Source: an archaeon
GTDB lineage: Archaea; Iainarchaeota; Iainarchaeia; Iainarchaeales; Iainarchaeaceae
Assembly (NCBI GenBank): GCA_038046625.1
Contig: JBBSVV010000003.1
Location: 4,017 to 68,016, forward strand
Reading direction: 5' to 3'
DNA length: 64,000 nt
Shown: positions 36,185-45,732 of the stretch, one piece after another
Position numbering within the stretch: position 1 is the first letter of the stretch
Layout of the letters: the number at the start of each line of letters is the position of its first letter
Translations under genes and position numbers: made by a program
Notes under the pieces: generated by a model
The model's input: the letters and a program-made list of their open reading frames with translations, nothing else
Told to the model about the DNA's origin: nothing
Database searches by the model: none

Positions 36185-36236
36185 ATTTTTTCTGTTTTGC
36201 TTCAGCATTTAAACCTTTCAATGGACAATCACTTTT

Positions 36237-37655
36237 ATGTGCTCAATTGCAGGAGTTTATTCTAGGAAGGGCAAAAGCGTTTCCAAAGAGGCTTTAACTC
36301 TTCTTTCGGCTTTGAGGCACCGGGGCCCGGAAGCCTTTGGCGTTGCTTCTTCCAAGGGGGCTTTTACCTCGAAAAATTTTTCTTCGCTCACAATTCCTGA
36401 AAGCCCCTTCATTCTTGGGCATTGCCTCCTTTCCACAACAGGCTATTTGGAGCAGCCCGTCACTGTGGGAAATGTTTCAGTTGCCCACAATGGTCAGGTT
36501 TACAATTACCGGGAATTGTTTCCTGAAAACAAATTTGCATCAGATGCGGAGGCTATCGCGCTTTTCCTGGTGAGGGCTCTTCGCAAAAAAAGCGTTTTGT
36601 TTGCGGTAAAGGAGTTCATGCGCAAAGCTATCGGCGAGTATGCCATTGCATTCCTTTACAGGGGAAAATTGTATGCGTTCCGCGATTTTATCGGGGTTAA
36701 GCCGCTCTGGTTTGGCTCGAATGAGTCCGTTCATGCTTTTGCTTCCGAGCCTTCCGCATTGATGAAGATTGACATCCAGTTTCCACAGCCTTTGCTTCCG
36801 GGTCATTTGCTTGTTGTTTCGCAGAAGGGCACAAGAACCTCGAAGGTTTTTGATTTGAGCGATTTCAGGAAAAGCGTGCCCCACAATTTTTCGCAGGAGC
36901 GCCTTGCTTCCGAATTTGACAGAACAATAAAGCTCCAGACTGCCGGAATAAGCAGGGCTGCTGTTCTGTTCAGCGGCGGCGTTGATTCTTCTCTCATTGC
37001 AAAGGCTGTTTCGAATGAACTCGAAAGAACCGAATTGTTTGTTGCTGGCACTCCTGAGAGCAATGATATTTCTTTTGCGGAGAGGGTTGCTCCAGAGCTC
37101 GGACTTCAGCTGCATAAAATTTACCTTGACGAGAAAAAAATCGAGTCGCTTGCTTTCCGCGCAATGAAAGCGCTTTCCTTTTTCGACGAGATGCAGCTTG
37201 GAATTGGTATTCCTGAGCTGGCTTGTTCAGAGGCCATAATGAAAAAGGGTTTTAAGGCCGTGTTTTCCGGGCAGGGCAGTGACGAGATTTTTGCGGGCTA
37301 CATGAATTATGCGCGTATCCTCGCCGAGAAGGATTTCAAAGCGGTTGATGATGAAATCTGGTTTTTGCTTTCCAGGATGTGGAGCAGGAATTTTTTCAGG
37401 GATGATGCCATGGTTTCCGCAAATTCGCTTGAATTGCGCGTTCCTTTCGTTTCAACTAATTTTTTGTGCGAGGCAATGGCTTTTCCCGCGAAGGAAAAAA
37501 TCTTGGCTCCTGATGATAAATTGAGGAAGCATCCTGTAAGGGCTTTGGCTGTGAAATATGGGCTGCCTGAATTCGTTACGCTGAGGCCGAAGAAGGCGAT
37601 GCAGTACGGTTCCGGCGTGCAAAAAATAGTTTCAAGGCTCTTCCAAAAAACTTAG
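36237..37655 (+). CDS. asnB: Asparagine synthetase (glutamine-hydrolysing) family protein
   Basis: N-terminal Cys, HRGP, HNGQVYNY, FSGGVDSS, SGQGSDEIFAGY, RPKKAMQYGSG. Confidence 0.88.
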   Translation: MCSIAGVYSRKGKSVSKEALTLLSALRHRGPEAFGVASSKGAFTSKNFSSLTIPESPFILGHCLLSTTGYLEQPVTVGNVSVAHNGQVYNYRELFPENKFASDAEAIALFLVRALRKKSVLFAVKEFMRKAIGEYAIAFLYRGKLYAFRDFIGVKPLWFGSNESVHAFASEPSALMKIDIQFPQPLLPGHLLVVSQKGTRTSKVFDLSDFRKSVPHNFSQERLASEFDRTIKLQTAGISRAAVLFSGGVDSSLIAKAVSNELERTELFVAGTPESNDISFAERVAPELGLQLHKIYLDEKKIESLAFRAMKALSFFDEMQLGIGIPELACSEAIMKKGFKAVFSGQGSDEIFAGYMNYARILAEKDFKAVDDEIWFLLSRMWSRNFFRDDAMVSANSLELRVPFVSTNFLCEAMAFPAKEKILAPDDKLRKHPVRALAVKYGLPEFVTLRPKKAMQYGSGVQKIVSRLFQKT

Positions 37656-38167
37656 GTGCAGGAGTAGCTTGGCTGCTCCGTGCATCCGGAGATTCCGTCT
37701 CTTACGCTGCAACTCGGTGGAGAGCCTGAACTTAGTGCTTCCTTTTGGAAGCTGAACTGCCTTGTTTCCTTAACCATTACTCCGTTTATTCCTGTGGTGC
37801 ATTGGACATATCCTTGTGCGGTTAGTTGTCCCTGGTTAAAACTTGGGTTGCTTGTGTTTCCTGAGGCATCAACGAACGTGCAGCCCATATTTCCTGCAAT
37901 TGAATTGAAATATTCTTGCACCTTCGCTGTGCTGTTTGGGTTGCATGCTGGGTTCAGCACGTCATAATATCCGTCGCTTGTCGCCTTGTCAAGCAGCCTT
38001 ATCACGTTGTCCGTTTTTATCGCGTTTTCGCGCGCCGCCTGCATTGTGAGGAATGAATTTCCTGAGCTCTCGGATATTATGGCGTTGCTTAGCGCGAAAA
38101 TAACCAGTGCTATCGCTGCGGTAGCTATTATTGCGGTTGCTGTCCCCTTTACCCCAATTTTTCGCAT
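37652..38167 (-). CDS. Pilin-like/secreted protein
   Basis: KG followed by hydrophobic helix; Cys-containing body; operon with pilins. Confidence 0.6.
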   Translation of the reverse strand: MRKIGVKGTATAIIATAAIALVIFALSNAIISESSGNSFLTMQAARENAIKTDNVIRLLDKATSDGYYDVLNPACNPNSTAKVQEYFNSIAGNMGCTFVDASGNTSNPSFNQGQLTAQGYVQCTTGINGVMVKETRQFSFQKEALSSGSPPSCSVRDGISGCTEQPSYSCT

Positions 38168-38445
38168 TTCTTCACCCCGTCAGCCAGTGCCCCGTTGTTG
38201 CCGTATTTTTTTATTTCACTGCAGTTTGCCTTCAAGGCTTCCGGAGGCGTAGTGTCGGCACCTGTGTCATTCTGGTAGAACGCCACCAGTGCCTTGTCTG
38301 ATGCTTTCGTGTAAAGTATGGCCTGCTGCGTTCCTTCTTTTGAGCCCCCGAGGGACGTGAGTGTGATTGCGGAGAACAGCACTATCGTGATTGAGAGCGC
38401 GAGCGCCGCATCGGTGCTGAATATTATTCCCTTTTTCATTTCCAT
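38149..38445 (-). CDS. Class III signal peptide (pilin-like) protein
   Basis: MEMKKG|IIFSTDA + hydrophobic helix. Confidence 0.75.
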   Translation of the reverse strand: MEMKKGIIFSTDAALALSITIVLFSAITLTSLGGSKEGTQQAILYTKASDKALVAFYQNDTGADTTPPEALKANCSEIKKYGNNGALADGVKKCEKLG

Positions 38446-38960
38446 ATTGCCACCTGTAAAACTTTTTTTGCTGGGCAGATTGCAGGGTTCCCGTTCACGC
38501 ATTTTTCGTATGTTGTTTTGTCTATTGTTCCGCCTGCGGGGCTGACGAAGTTCCTTTGAATGCTCGTGACATCCTGTTCCCCGGCTGCCTGGCTGCATTG
38601 CCCCATTTGCAGGCTGTTCGAGCCGTCCGGATCGGAAGACCTCACATTGCAGTTTATTCCTTCAGGAATCATCAGGTCTTGTTTTGTGGCGCCTTGAATG
38701 GCGGTGTTGGCATTTGAGCAGCCTTCAAGGCTGTAGCCTTGTGTTTCAAAACCTGTGGGTGTGCACGGCGAATTTTCAAGTGCCAGGTTGCTTGCCGTGA
38801 GTGCTATTGCGTTGAGTTCCGCCTGCACGGAATTTTCTTTTGCCTCGTTGCTTGAGTAATCATAGAAATTCAGGAGCATCCCCATTGCCAGCACTATCAG
38901 CGCCGCGGCTATAACAAAGTCAATGGAAAATATTTGCCCTTTTTCTTTTCCAGATTTCAT
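38436..38960 (-). CDS. Class III signal peptide (pilin-like) protein
   Basis: KG|QIFSIDF + hydrophobic helix. Confidence 0.8.
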   Translation of the reverse strand: MKSGKEKGQIFSIDFVIAAALIVLAMGMLLNFYDYSSNEAKENSVQAELNAIALTASNLALENSPCTPTGFETQGYSLEGCSNANTAIQGATKQDLMIPEGINCNVRSSDPDGSNSLQMGQCSQAAGEQDVTSIQRNFVSPAGGTIDKTTYEKCVNGNPAICPAKKVLQVAIWK

Positions 38961-39397
38961 GGCGTTATTACCTTTTGTATTGTCACTGTGCTGCCGCAAC
39001 TGAATGAAGCGGGCAGGTTCATTTCGTTTATTTGCATGTCACTGAGACCCAAACCGGAGTACATCTCCTGAATCGTGCTGCCGTCCGGCCGTACCGAGCT
39101 TGCAGTTATTGAAGTTTGTGTCACTGTTATGGTGCAGTTCTGCGGGTTCTTGTTTCCCGCGTTTTTGATTGTGGGCGAGGCGTAGGTTATTTCCTGTCCA
39201 AATGCTTTTGCCGCGCCGATTGTGGCGTATGCATCAATGAGTATTGCCTTGAGGCTGTTTCTTGTCGTTGCTTCGCCTGTTTTTTCCTGGAAACCGCCAG
39301 TAAACACAAGGAGGCCCGCAAAAAGCATGAGTATCGCAATGAACGCAAACATCAAATCCAGACTAACCTGCCCTTTCCGCATCCATTCATTAAGCAT
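38957..39397 (-). CDS. Class III signal peptide (pilin-like) protein
   Basis: RKG|QVSLD + hydrophobic helix. Confidence 0.8.
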   Translation of the reverse strand: MLNEWMRKGQVSLDLMFAFIAILMLFAGLLVFTGGFQEKTGEATTRNSLKAILIDAYATIGAAKAFGQEITYASPTIKNAGNKNPQNCTITVTQTSITASSVRPDGSTIQEMYSGLGLSDMQINEMNLPASFSCGSTVTIQKVITP

Positions 39398-39420
39398 TTT
39401 ACATGTTATTAAAATTAGCG

Positions 39421-40935
39421 TTAAAATAACGGCTTGCCCGTCATTTCCCTGGGTTTTGCGATGCCCATTATTTTGAGTATTGTTGGCGCGACATCAATGA
39501 GCTGGCCTTTCCTGAGTTTGGCTTTTGAAAGGCTCTTCTCATTTGAAACAAGGATAAGCGGAACAGGGTTTGTAGTGTGGCTGGCTTTCGGCTTTCCGTC
39601 CGGGTATTTTGTTTCCTCCGCATTCCCGTGGTCCGATGTGATTATTAGCGTATAATTGTTTTTTTTCGCTGCCTTAGCAACCCTTCCGAGGCATTCATCC
39701 ACTTTTTCAACGGCCCTGACTATTGCCTTGTGGTTTGAGGAATGCCCGACCAAATCCGCATTGGCGAAATTTATTAGCATGAATCCGTATTTGTTTTTCG
39801 CGATTTGTTTCACCGCGTTCTGCGTGATTCCTTCGGCCGACATTTCTGGCGTCTTGTCGTACGAATCGACTTTTTCCGAAGGCACCATGATTCTGTCCTC
39901 GCCCTTGAATGGCTTTTCCACCTGTGAATTGAAGAAGTAAGTAACGTGCGGGTACTTGTCGGTTTCCGCTATGCGCAGCTGCTTCATGCCTTTTTTGGAA
40001 ATGTTTTCCCCGAGGTTGTTGCCCGGCACCACGTCACGGAACAGTATTGGGCAATCAACCTTCTTGTCGTATTTTGTCATTGTTGCCAAGAACGCTTTAG
40101 GCTGTTTTTTCCTTTTGAATCCCGAAAATTTTTTGAGGTGCAGTGCCCTCACTATCTGCCTCATCCTGTCGGTCCTGAAGTTGAAGTCAATGACAACATC
40201 GTTGTCCTCTATAAAGCATTTTTCGCCTATGCTCATTGCCGGCAGGTAATAATCGCTTCTCGCGCCCTTTGAGTAAGCATAATGTATCGCCTTTTGCGTT
40301 GTCGGGAAATTTTTTCCTTCTCCTTCCGTTATCAAATAATAGAATTTTTGCGTGCGGTTCCAGTTGTTGTCCCTGTCCATTGCGTAGAACCTTCCGCAGA
40401 TGCCCGCAACCCTTCCGCCGTATTTTTTGCACCACCCATTGATTTGTTCCGCGTATTTTTCCGCGGTTTTTATTCCCACGTCGCGGCCGTCTGCTACAAA
40501 ATGCAAAACCATTTTTCCGCCGAGTTTTTTGGAGTGCATGAATTCCATTATTGCCCTGAGGTGGTTCACGTGGCTGTGTATTCCGCCGTCGCTGCACAGG
40601 CCGATAAGGTGTATGTGTTTCGCTTTTTTTGCCTTTTCTGCGGCTTTTGCGAGCGTTTTGTTCCTGAAAAAGCTTTTGTCAGCTATGGAGTTGTTTATCC
40701 TGTCAAGCGGCTGCCGCACTATTCTTCCCGCGCCCATGTGGAGGTGCCCGACTTCGGAGTTTCCCTGGCTTCCTTTCGGCAGGCCGACGCATTCTCCGCT
40801 GGCACAGAGGCTTGTGTGCGGGCAGTTTTTCCACAACGAATCATAATTCGGTTTTTTTGCTTCGGCAATTGCGTTGTATTTTTTTTCCCTGCGCAGCCCG
40901 AAGCCATCAATCACAATCAGAATAAGTTTCTTCAT
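39421..40935 (-). CDS. gpmI: 2,3-bisphosphoglycerate-independent phosphoglycerate mutase (bacterial type)
   Basis: GNSEVGH, SDGGIHSH, DGRD, GRFYAMDRD, NFRTDR, AET.KY.HVT, DLVGH, DHGNAE, HTTNPVP. Confidence 0.95.
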   Translation of the reverse strand: MKKLILIVIDGFGLRREKKYNAIAEAKKPNYDSLWKNCPHTSLCASGECVGLPKGSQGNSEVGHLHMGAGRIVRQPLDRINNSIADKSFFRNKTLAKAAEKAKKAKHIHLIGLCSDGGIHSHVNHLRAIMEFMHSKKLGGKMVLHFVADGRDVGIKTAEKYAEQINGWCKKYGGRVAGICGRFYAMDRDNNWNRTQKFYYLITEGEGKNFPTTQKAIHYAYSKGARSDYYLPAMSIGEKCFIEDNDVVIDFNFRTDRMRQIVRALHLKKFSGFKRKKQPKAFLATMTKYDKKVDCPILFRDVVPGNNLGENISKKGMKQLRIAETDKYPHVTYFFNSQVEKPFKGEDRIMVPSEKVDSYDKTPEMSAEGITQNAVKQIAKNKYGFMLINFANADLVGHSSNHKAIVRAVEKVDECLGRVAKAAKKNNYTLIITSDHGNAEETKYPDGKPKASHTTNPVPLILVSNEKSLSKAKLRKGQLIDVAPTILKIMGIAKPREMTGKPLF

Positions 40936-41294
40936 TCTATCACTTTGAGCCGGACTGTTTTTCCATTATTATCAAAAGCCCTGATTGTATTTAAATCGTA
41001 GGGATAGCTGATGATGATGTGCACTTTTCCGAACTTCCTGAACGACTCCAGGTCGGCTTCGGAAGGGTGGTTGTATATTGAGGGGTGCGAGTGCATTGTC
41101 CCTATTATTTCGCGGTCGAAAGGTATCAGGTCTGCGCTGTAGCTTGCAAATCCATCCCCGAAAATTGCGGGCACAACCACGAACTCCTCTATTGTGCCAC
41201 CTTTTTCCCCGAGCAGGCAGAAAAATTCATTAGGGTAAACATTTTTTGATGCCCGGAGAAGCGACTCTATAAGCCCTTTTTTGATTGAGCGCAT
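40932..41294 (-). CDS. JAB/MPN (JAMM) domain protein
   Basis: YPNEF...HSHPS....PSEADL motif. Confidence 0.9.
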   Translation of the reverse strand: MRSIKKGLIESLLRASKNVYPNEFFCLLGEKGGTIEEFVVVPAIFGDGFASYSADLIPFDREIIGTMHSHPSIYNHPSEADLESFRKFGKVHIIISYPYDLNTIRAFDNNGKTVRLKVIE

Positions 41295-41319
41295 CCATGA
41301 ATTGGTTGCTTCTTTGTCC

Positions 41320-42516
41320 TTAAAAACCGAACCCGCCGTAAATCAGGAGCGTCGGCACAATGAGGAAAGCCATGAAGTTGCTCCTCCTTATTCCCGCCTT
41401 TATTCCCGCGATTGCGATGCATGAGGCGCTCAGCATTGCGACAACACCCCATATTCCTGAAAACCAGAGTGAGAGCAGAAAAAGAAAAGCAAGTATTGCG
41501 GTGCTTGCTTTCGGGTAATTTATTTTCTGCACCGCGTCTATAGACACTTCCGAGATTTTTTGCGCGGCAATTGCCGCGATTCCGAGCGAGGCAACGGAGG
41601 CCGCAACAAGAACCAGGAACGTGTGCAAATCTGTATGCACTATCTGCTTCAGCGCAACCGCCATTCCTGTCCGCGTTTTTTCGATTGTGAAGAACGCCAC
41701 TATGCTAGCAATGAGGTTCCCCGTGTTCACGCCGCCTATTATTGTGAGGTATTCCCTTGAGCTTAATTTCCCCTTCAGTTTTTTTGCGATGAATGCCGCC
41801 TGGCTTGGGCCTATTGCAGGCACAAGTGAAACGAACGCAGAAATCAGTGCTCCGAGTGCCGCTGCGCCCGTTCTTGCCCGCGCCTTAAGTTTTTTCGCCT
41901 GTTCAGGAATGCCATTCTTGTGTGCCATGGCCTCGAGCAGTGAGGGCACTGCAAAGAATCCTGTTACGAGCGGGAGTATGGGGTTTTGCATTGCCGATGA
42001 AAGCACAACAATTCCCAGGATTCCGGAGAGGGCCATTGTTGCGATTGTTTCTTTCCTGTTTTTTTCGCTGAATATCATGCCGATTGCAACGAACAGTATT
42101 ATCGCGGGTATTGCGGTTGAAAAGTACTGCGAGTAATTTGTTATGAGCGAGTACATGAATGGCATGAGGATTATTACGAGCGTTCCGGTTGCGATGCCGC
42201 CGAATATTGTGTGGCCTATTGCTTCCATTGCCTTTCCCTTGAGGAGCATTTTGTGCCCCGGGAGTATTGATTCCGCCATGTCGCTTGATGGTGCGCCGAA
42301 GAGGATGCTTGGGATTGCGTCAAGGAATGAATGCGTTATCGCCATTGAAACAACGAATATTGCGAATCCTGTTGTGCGGTTTTCCGGAAACGAGAGTGCA
42401 ACGAGGGCTATTGTGTTTGCGTGTATGCCCGGCGCCAGCCCCGTGAATATCCCAGCAATTGTTCCGGCGAAAAGAAGGGCGAGTTCCTCAATCAATTTCC
42501 TCAACCCTTTTGACAA
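41320..42516 (-). CDS. TctA-family (tripartite tricarboxylate transporter-like) membrane protein
   Basis: GLAPGIHAN, HSFLDAIPSILFGAP, LPGHKM..KG motifs; multi-TM. Confidence 0.85.
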   Translation of the reverse strand: MSKGLRKLIEELALLFAGTIAGIFTGLAPGIHANTIALVALSFPENRTTGFAIFVVSMAITHSFLDAIPSILFGAPSSDMAESILPGHKMLLKGKAMEAIGHTIFGGIATGTLVIILMPFMYSLITNYSQYFSTAIPAIILFVAIGMIFSEKNRKETIATMALSGILGIVVLSSAMQNPILPLVTGFFAVPSLLEAMAHKNGIPEQAKKLKARARTGAAALGALISAFVSLVPAIGPSQAAFIAKKLKGKLSSREYLTIIGGVNTGNLIASIVAFFTIEKTRTGMAVALKQIVHTDLHTFLVLVAASVASLGIAAIAAQKISEVSIDAVQKINYPKASTAILAFLFLLSLWFSGIWGVVAMLSASCIAIAGIKAGIRRSNFMAFLIVPTLLIYGGFGF

Positions 42517-42844
42517 TTATTTCAAGTTTCTCGTTGTACCTCGTTATTTGTCCCGTTGCCTTCACCGCGCTCCCGTTTTTGAGAATTGAGGCTTGCTCGA
42601 GAGTTGGAGAAAAATAGGCCGCGCTTATTATGCCGTTGTTTTCGAGATCGAAGAACGCGTTTCCCGAGCTGATTTTGAGGTTCGCAATGCTTCCTGACAA
42701 TGAAACTTTTTCGCCGATTGAGGATTCGTTTATTGCTGCTATTTCAACCTGCCTTTCCTCGGGCAGGAGCAGAATCAGTGCCGTGATGCCGATTATTGCG
42801 AGTATGTACGCGATTTTTTTGGTGTCCGCGAGGTCCAGGTGCAT
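42488..42844 (-). CDS. Membrane-anchored OB-fold protein
   Basis: N-terminal TM; GEKVSLSG.I...F.L....G.I....F...V.ATG.I..Y...LEI. Confidence 0.75.
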   Translation of the reverse strand: MHLDLADTKKIAYILAIIGITALILLLPEERQVEIAAINESSIGEKVSLSGSIANLKISSGNAFFDLENNGIISAAYFSPTLEQASILKNGSAVKATGQITRYNEKLEIIVKRVEEID

Positions 42845-42890
42845 TATTTAAGGTAAAACAAAAAACAATAAAAATACGTCGATTGACGAA

Positions 42891-43223
42891 CTATGGGCAT
42901 TGGGTTCCATTTATAATTAGCTTCTGTATGTTATGCCCGATTTTCGTGGCGCAAATAGTATCCAGGTCGCTTCCGCTTGGATTTGGCTCTATTTTGAGCT
43001 GTATTTTTGTTCCCCCGTCTTCACTGTAATTCAGGTCTTTCACGTAGTATTTGCTGTCCATATCCCCTATTGCATGTATTAGGTCCTGCCTGTAATTCGC
43101 TACGCTGTTGACAGAGCCGCTGACGTCAAAATACTTGAAGACAACCAGCATGGAAATCGCTATCACGAGTGCCGCGATTATCGTTATTTCGATGCTTGCC
43201 TGCGCCCTCGAGTGCGGGTTCAT
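42891..43223 (-). CDS. Class III signal peptide (pilin-like) protein
   Basis: RA|QASIE + hydrophobic helix; GGGTGA SD. Confidence 0.8.
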   Translation of the reverse strand: MNPHSRAQASIEITIIAALVIAISMLVVFKYFDVSGSVNSVANYRQDLIHAIGDMDSKYYVKDLNYSEDGGTKIQLKIEPNPSGSDLDTICATKIGHNIQKLIINGTQCP

Positions 43224-43224
43224 T

Positions 43225-43959
43225 TCACCCACTCTGGCCGAATGTGACTTTTGTTTCGGATCCGATTTTGTCCACTTTTGCAATGAATATGGCGCCCTGC
43301 ACTCCGGTGTTTACCTCACTCGGCGAGCATGAGAATGAGGCTCCTGCATCGAGCTCTTTCGTGCATTTTTTGTCTGCATCAGGATCCAAATCCAAGGCCA
43401 AGTCATCATCCGCATTGTTTTTGCATTCTTCGGGGACGCGGGCTGAAATCTGTTCAAGCCCCGCATCAAGCGGAACAACAAGGTATGAGAAACCTATCCC
43501 TGCAAAGTTCGTGGACGGTGGGGCCGCAGGAACGCAGTAAATTTTTGATTGCGGCGGAATAACAATTTCTATGGTCTGCCTTGTTCCGGCGCCGGATATT
43601 GAAACGTATTGTGCCGCGTTCACGAGCTTGTCGGCAGAGGCGCGGAGCTTCGCGAGGTTTGCGGTGTCGTTCATTGCATTGCTCGCAATGTCCGCGTTCG
43701 GCTGTATTATTGCGACTATGTAAAGCAGTGAAACCACGAGTATGAGCAGAAATTCTATGCTCGCCTGCCCCCGCCGGAAACCGCCGGCGGTATGGTGCCC
43801 TATCTTCGGTTTTGGCCTCGATAGGTCTTGCTTCGCAATTTTCCCGTTCAAAATATCAAGTTCCACAACAGTTTCGGCTGTTGGGTGCGATAGCCCATGC
43901 TGTCGCATGGACTTGGCGTTGCTTCGCAACGCAGGCTTATTCAAATAATCAAGTTCCAT
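43225..43959 (-). CDS. Pilin-like protein with repeat-expanded leader peptide
   Basis: RRG|QASIEF + hydrophobic helix; leader contains two in-frame family A elements; alternative GTG start at 43866. Confidence 0.8.
   Translation of the reverse strand: MELDYLNKPALRSNAKSMRQHGLSHPTAETVVELDILNGKIAKQDLSRPKPKIGHHTAGGFRRGQASIEFLLILVVSLLYIVAIIQPNADIASNAMNDTANLAKLRASADKLVNAAQYVSISGAGTRQTIEIVIPPQSKIYCVPAAPPSTNFAGIGFSYLVVPLDAGLEQISARVPEECKNNADDDLALDLDPDADKKCTKELDAGASFSCSPSEVNTGVQGAIFIAKVDKIGSETKVTFGQSG
43772..43825 (+). repeat. Family A structured element (in pilin leader)
   Basis: CGCCGGAAACCGCCGGCGGTA..CTATCTTCGG-ttttgg-CCTCGATAG. Confidence 0.85.
43866..43939 (+). repeat. Family A structured element flanked by 19-bp imperfect direct repeats
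   Basis: CAACAGTTTCGGCTGTTGGGTGCGA + two hairpins; flanks TTCAAAATATCAAGTTCCA / TTCAAATAATCAAGTTCCA. Confidence 0.85.
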
Positions 43960-45065
43960 ATCAAGTCTCCCGTAAACTGAAGCGCAATGTACGCAATGAG
44001 GATTGCGGGAACAAATGCCGCGGTTTTTCTCACGACCAGTTGCTTCGGCGCATTTCCCTGCAAAGCTTTTTTCCTGAGTTCTTTCGCCGCCTCTTCCGTA
44101 AGCCCTCCCGCCTCGCGCGGGCTCGAAAACACGTTCCCAGGGACTTTGTATGCCTTGAGGGCGTTTTCAATTTTATTATCCATTAACTGCTTAATAACAC
44201 TTTTTATGCTCGGCGCCTCGACAGGAATTATTTTCCCTCCTTTTTCCACAAGGTAATAATCCGGAATCATTCCTTCCGTGATTTTTGCGGTTTCAATTTT
44301 TTCCCTGAACGCAAATTCGCGGCTCTCTGCATAAAGTTTCCACAGGAAATAAACGCACACCAGCGGAACCGCTATCGCTATCGAGTTGAACAAAAGGTTT
44401 TGCGCCGAAACCAGCAGGCCGGCAACGGCTGAAATTATTATTGCCGCGTTCCTCGCCTTTTTTGGGATGAAAGCTGCGGCAACCATTATGGGGAGCACCC
44501 AGAACAATTCAATCCCGGATTTTGAAAGAATGGTTTCAACGCCAGCGGCAAAAATTCCGGCGCCGAGAATGCCAGTTGCTTTTGATGCTACGGCTTTCAT
44601 CGTCCTCGCGAAAACTTCTTTGTGCTTCAATGAGGCCGTAAGCGCCATCAGGATTCCGAGCGGCAGCATGGAAAATATTGATGCCACTATGAGCGTTACC
44701 GCAAAAATCGGCAGCGGGGTTGTTGAAAGCAATTGGCCTTGCAGCCCGAGCGCGTCCCTGAGGATTCCGTAATTTACGGGGTTGATTATTGCGAGCGCTG
44801 TAACAAGCTTGACATCGCCTCCCGCCCACGCGCCCATCCTGTAGAGCGCGTATGAAACCACAAAGGCAATTGTGGCAGCGGCGAATGCAAATAATATTGG
44901 TTCGATTGCCTGTGCATTCAGCGATTCAAAAATTTTTAGTATTATGCCGGTTCCGGCTATTGTGTAAGTGAGCCTGTTCGGAACAATCCGTTTCCTGAGG
45001 TCGGTATAGGTTGCAATGAGCAGTGTTATGAGTGTTAAAAAAAAGTATAGGGAGGAAAACACCAT
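43941..45065 (-). CDS. Prepilin peptidase (A24; PibD/FlaK/EppA-like)
   Basis: ATYTDLRKRIVPN, WAGGDVKL, ITEGMI, FVPAI motifs. Confidence 0.92.
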   Translation of the reverse strand: MVFSSLYFFLTLITLLIATYTDLRKRIVPNRLTYTIAGTGIILKIFESLNAQAIEPILFAFAAATIAFVVSYALYRMGAWAGGDVKLVTALAIINPVNYGILRDALGLQGQLLSTTPLPIFAVTLIVASIFSMLPLGILMALTASLKHKEVFARTMKAVASKATGILGAGIFAAGVETILSKSGIELFWVLPIMVAAAFIPKKARNAAIIISAVAGLLVSAQNLLFNSIAIAVPLVCVYFLWKLYAESREFAFREKIETAKITEGMIPDYYLVEKGGKIIPVEAPSIKSVIKQLMDNKIENALKAYKVPGNVFSSPREAGGLTEEAAKELRKKALQGNAPKQLVVRKTAAFVPAILIAYIALQFTGDLIWNLII

Positions 45066-45066
45066 A

Positions 45067-45237
45067 TCAGCTCATTAGAGTTGATACGGCCGAGTCCCTG
45101 TTTTCAAGCACTTGTGCCTGTGCCTTGTCCGCTATTTGGGAAATGTTGAAGGCGATGATTGTTACCGCAATGACCAGCATCACCGCAAAAAGGACGGTGA
45201 GCAGGTATTCGATTGAAACCTGCGCCTTCTCATCCAT
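45067..45237 (-). CDS. Short pilin (56 aa), not in ORF track
   Basis: MDEKA|QVSIEYLLTVLFAVMLVIAV... Confidence 0.85.
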   Translation of the reverse strand: MDEKAQVSIEYLLTVLFAVMLVIAVTIIAFNISQIADKAQAQVLENRDSAVSTLMS

Positions 45238-45258
45238 CAAATCACATTTATTGTTGGG

Positions 45259-45552
45259 TTATGTTGCCGTTGCAGTGCAGCTCGGGTATGTTCCGCCGCA
45301 GTTGTATGGCCTGCCACCGTTTGCTCCTTGTATGGTGACTTGCCTTGCGCCTCCAGTACTTTTAGTGGCGCAAACCTGGCCCGAATCAATTGCTGTTGAT
45401 TGTGTACAAAGAGATGCTGCTGTCGTGTTGCCGGTTTGCCCTGTACCAGTATTAGTTATTCCCAGCAACAGTGTAATCACTATCACCGCCACGAGAACCG
45501 CGCCTCCAATCAGGAGCAGGTATTCCAGTGCACCTTGTCCTTTCTTTTCCAT
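45259..45552 (-). CDS. Pilin, class III signal peptide (probable major pilin)
   Basis: MEKKG|QGALEYLLLIGGAVLVAVIVI; GGAGG SD. Confidence 0.9.
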   Translation of the reverse strand: MEKKGQGALEYLLLIGGAVLVAVIVITLLLGITNTGTGQTGNTTAASLCTQSTAIDSGQVCATKSTGGARQVTIQGANGGRPYNCGGTYPSCTATAT

Positions 45553-45591
45553 TGCTTTTCCCTCCCTTTTTTTAGTATCATAAGCTTTTTT

Positions 45592-45732
45592 TCAGCCGAT
45601 TTTATTGGCTTCGCCGCCAATGCTGCCGACCAGGCTTTTCAGGAAGAAGCCTATCGCGGCCGCAACCACGACCGCAGCCCCGAGAAGCAAAAGCACTTCT
45701 ATGGAACTTTGGGCTTTTTCTCCTTCAAGCAT
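45592..45732 (-). CDS. Short pilin (46 aa), not in ORF track
   Basis: MLEGEKA|QSSIEVLLLLGAAVVVAAAIGFFL... Confidence 0.85.
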   Translation of the reverse strand: MLEGEKAQSSIEVLLLLGAAVVVAAAIGFFLKSLVGSIGGEANKIG

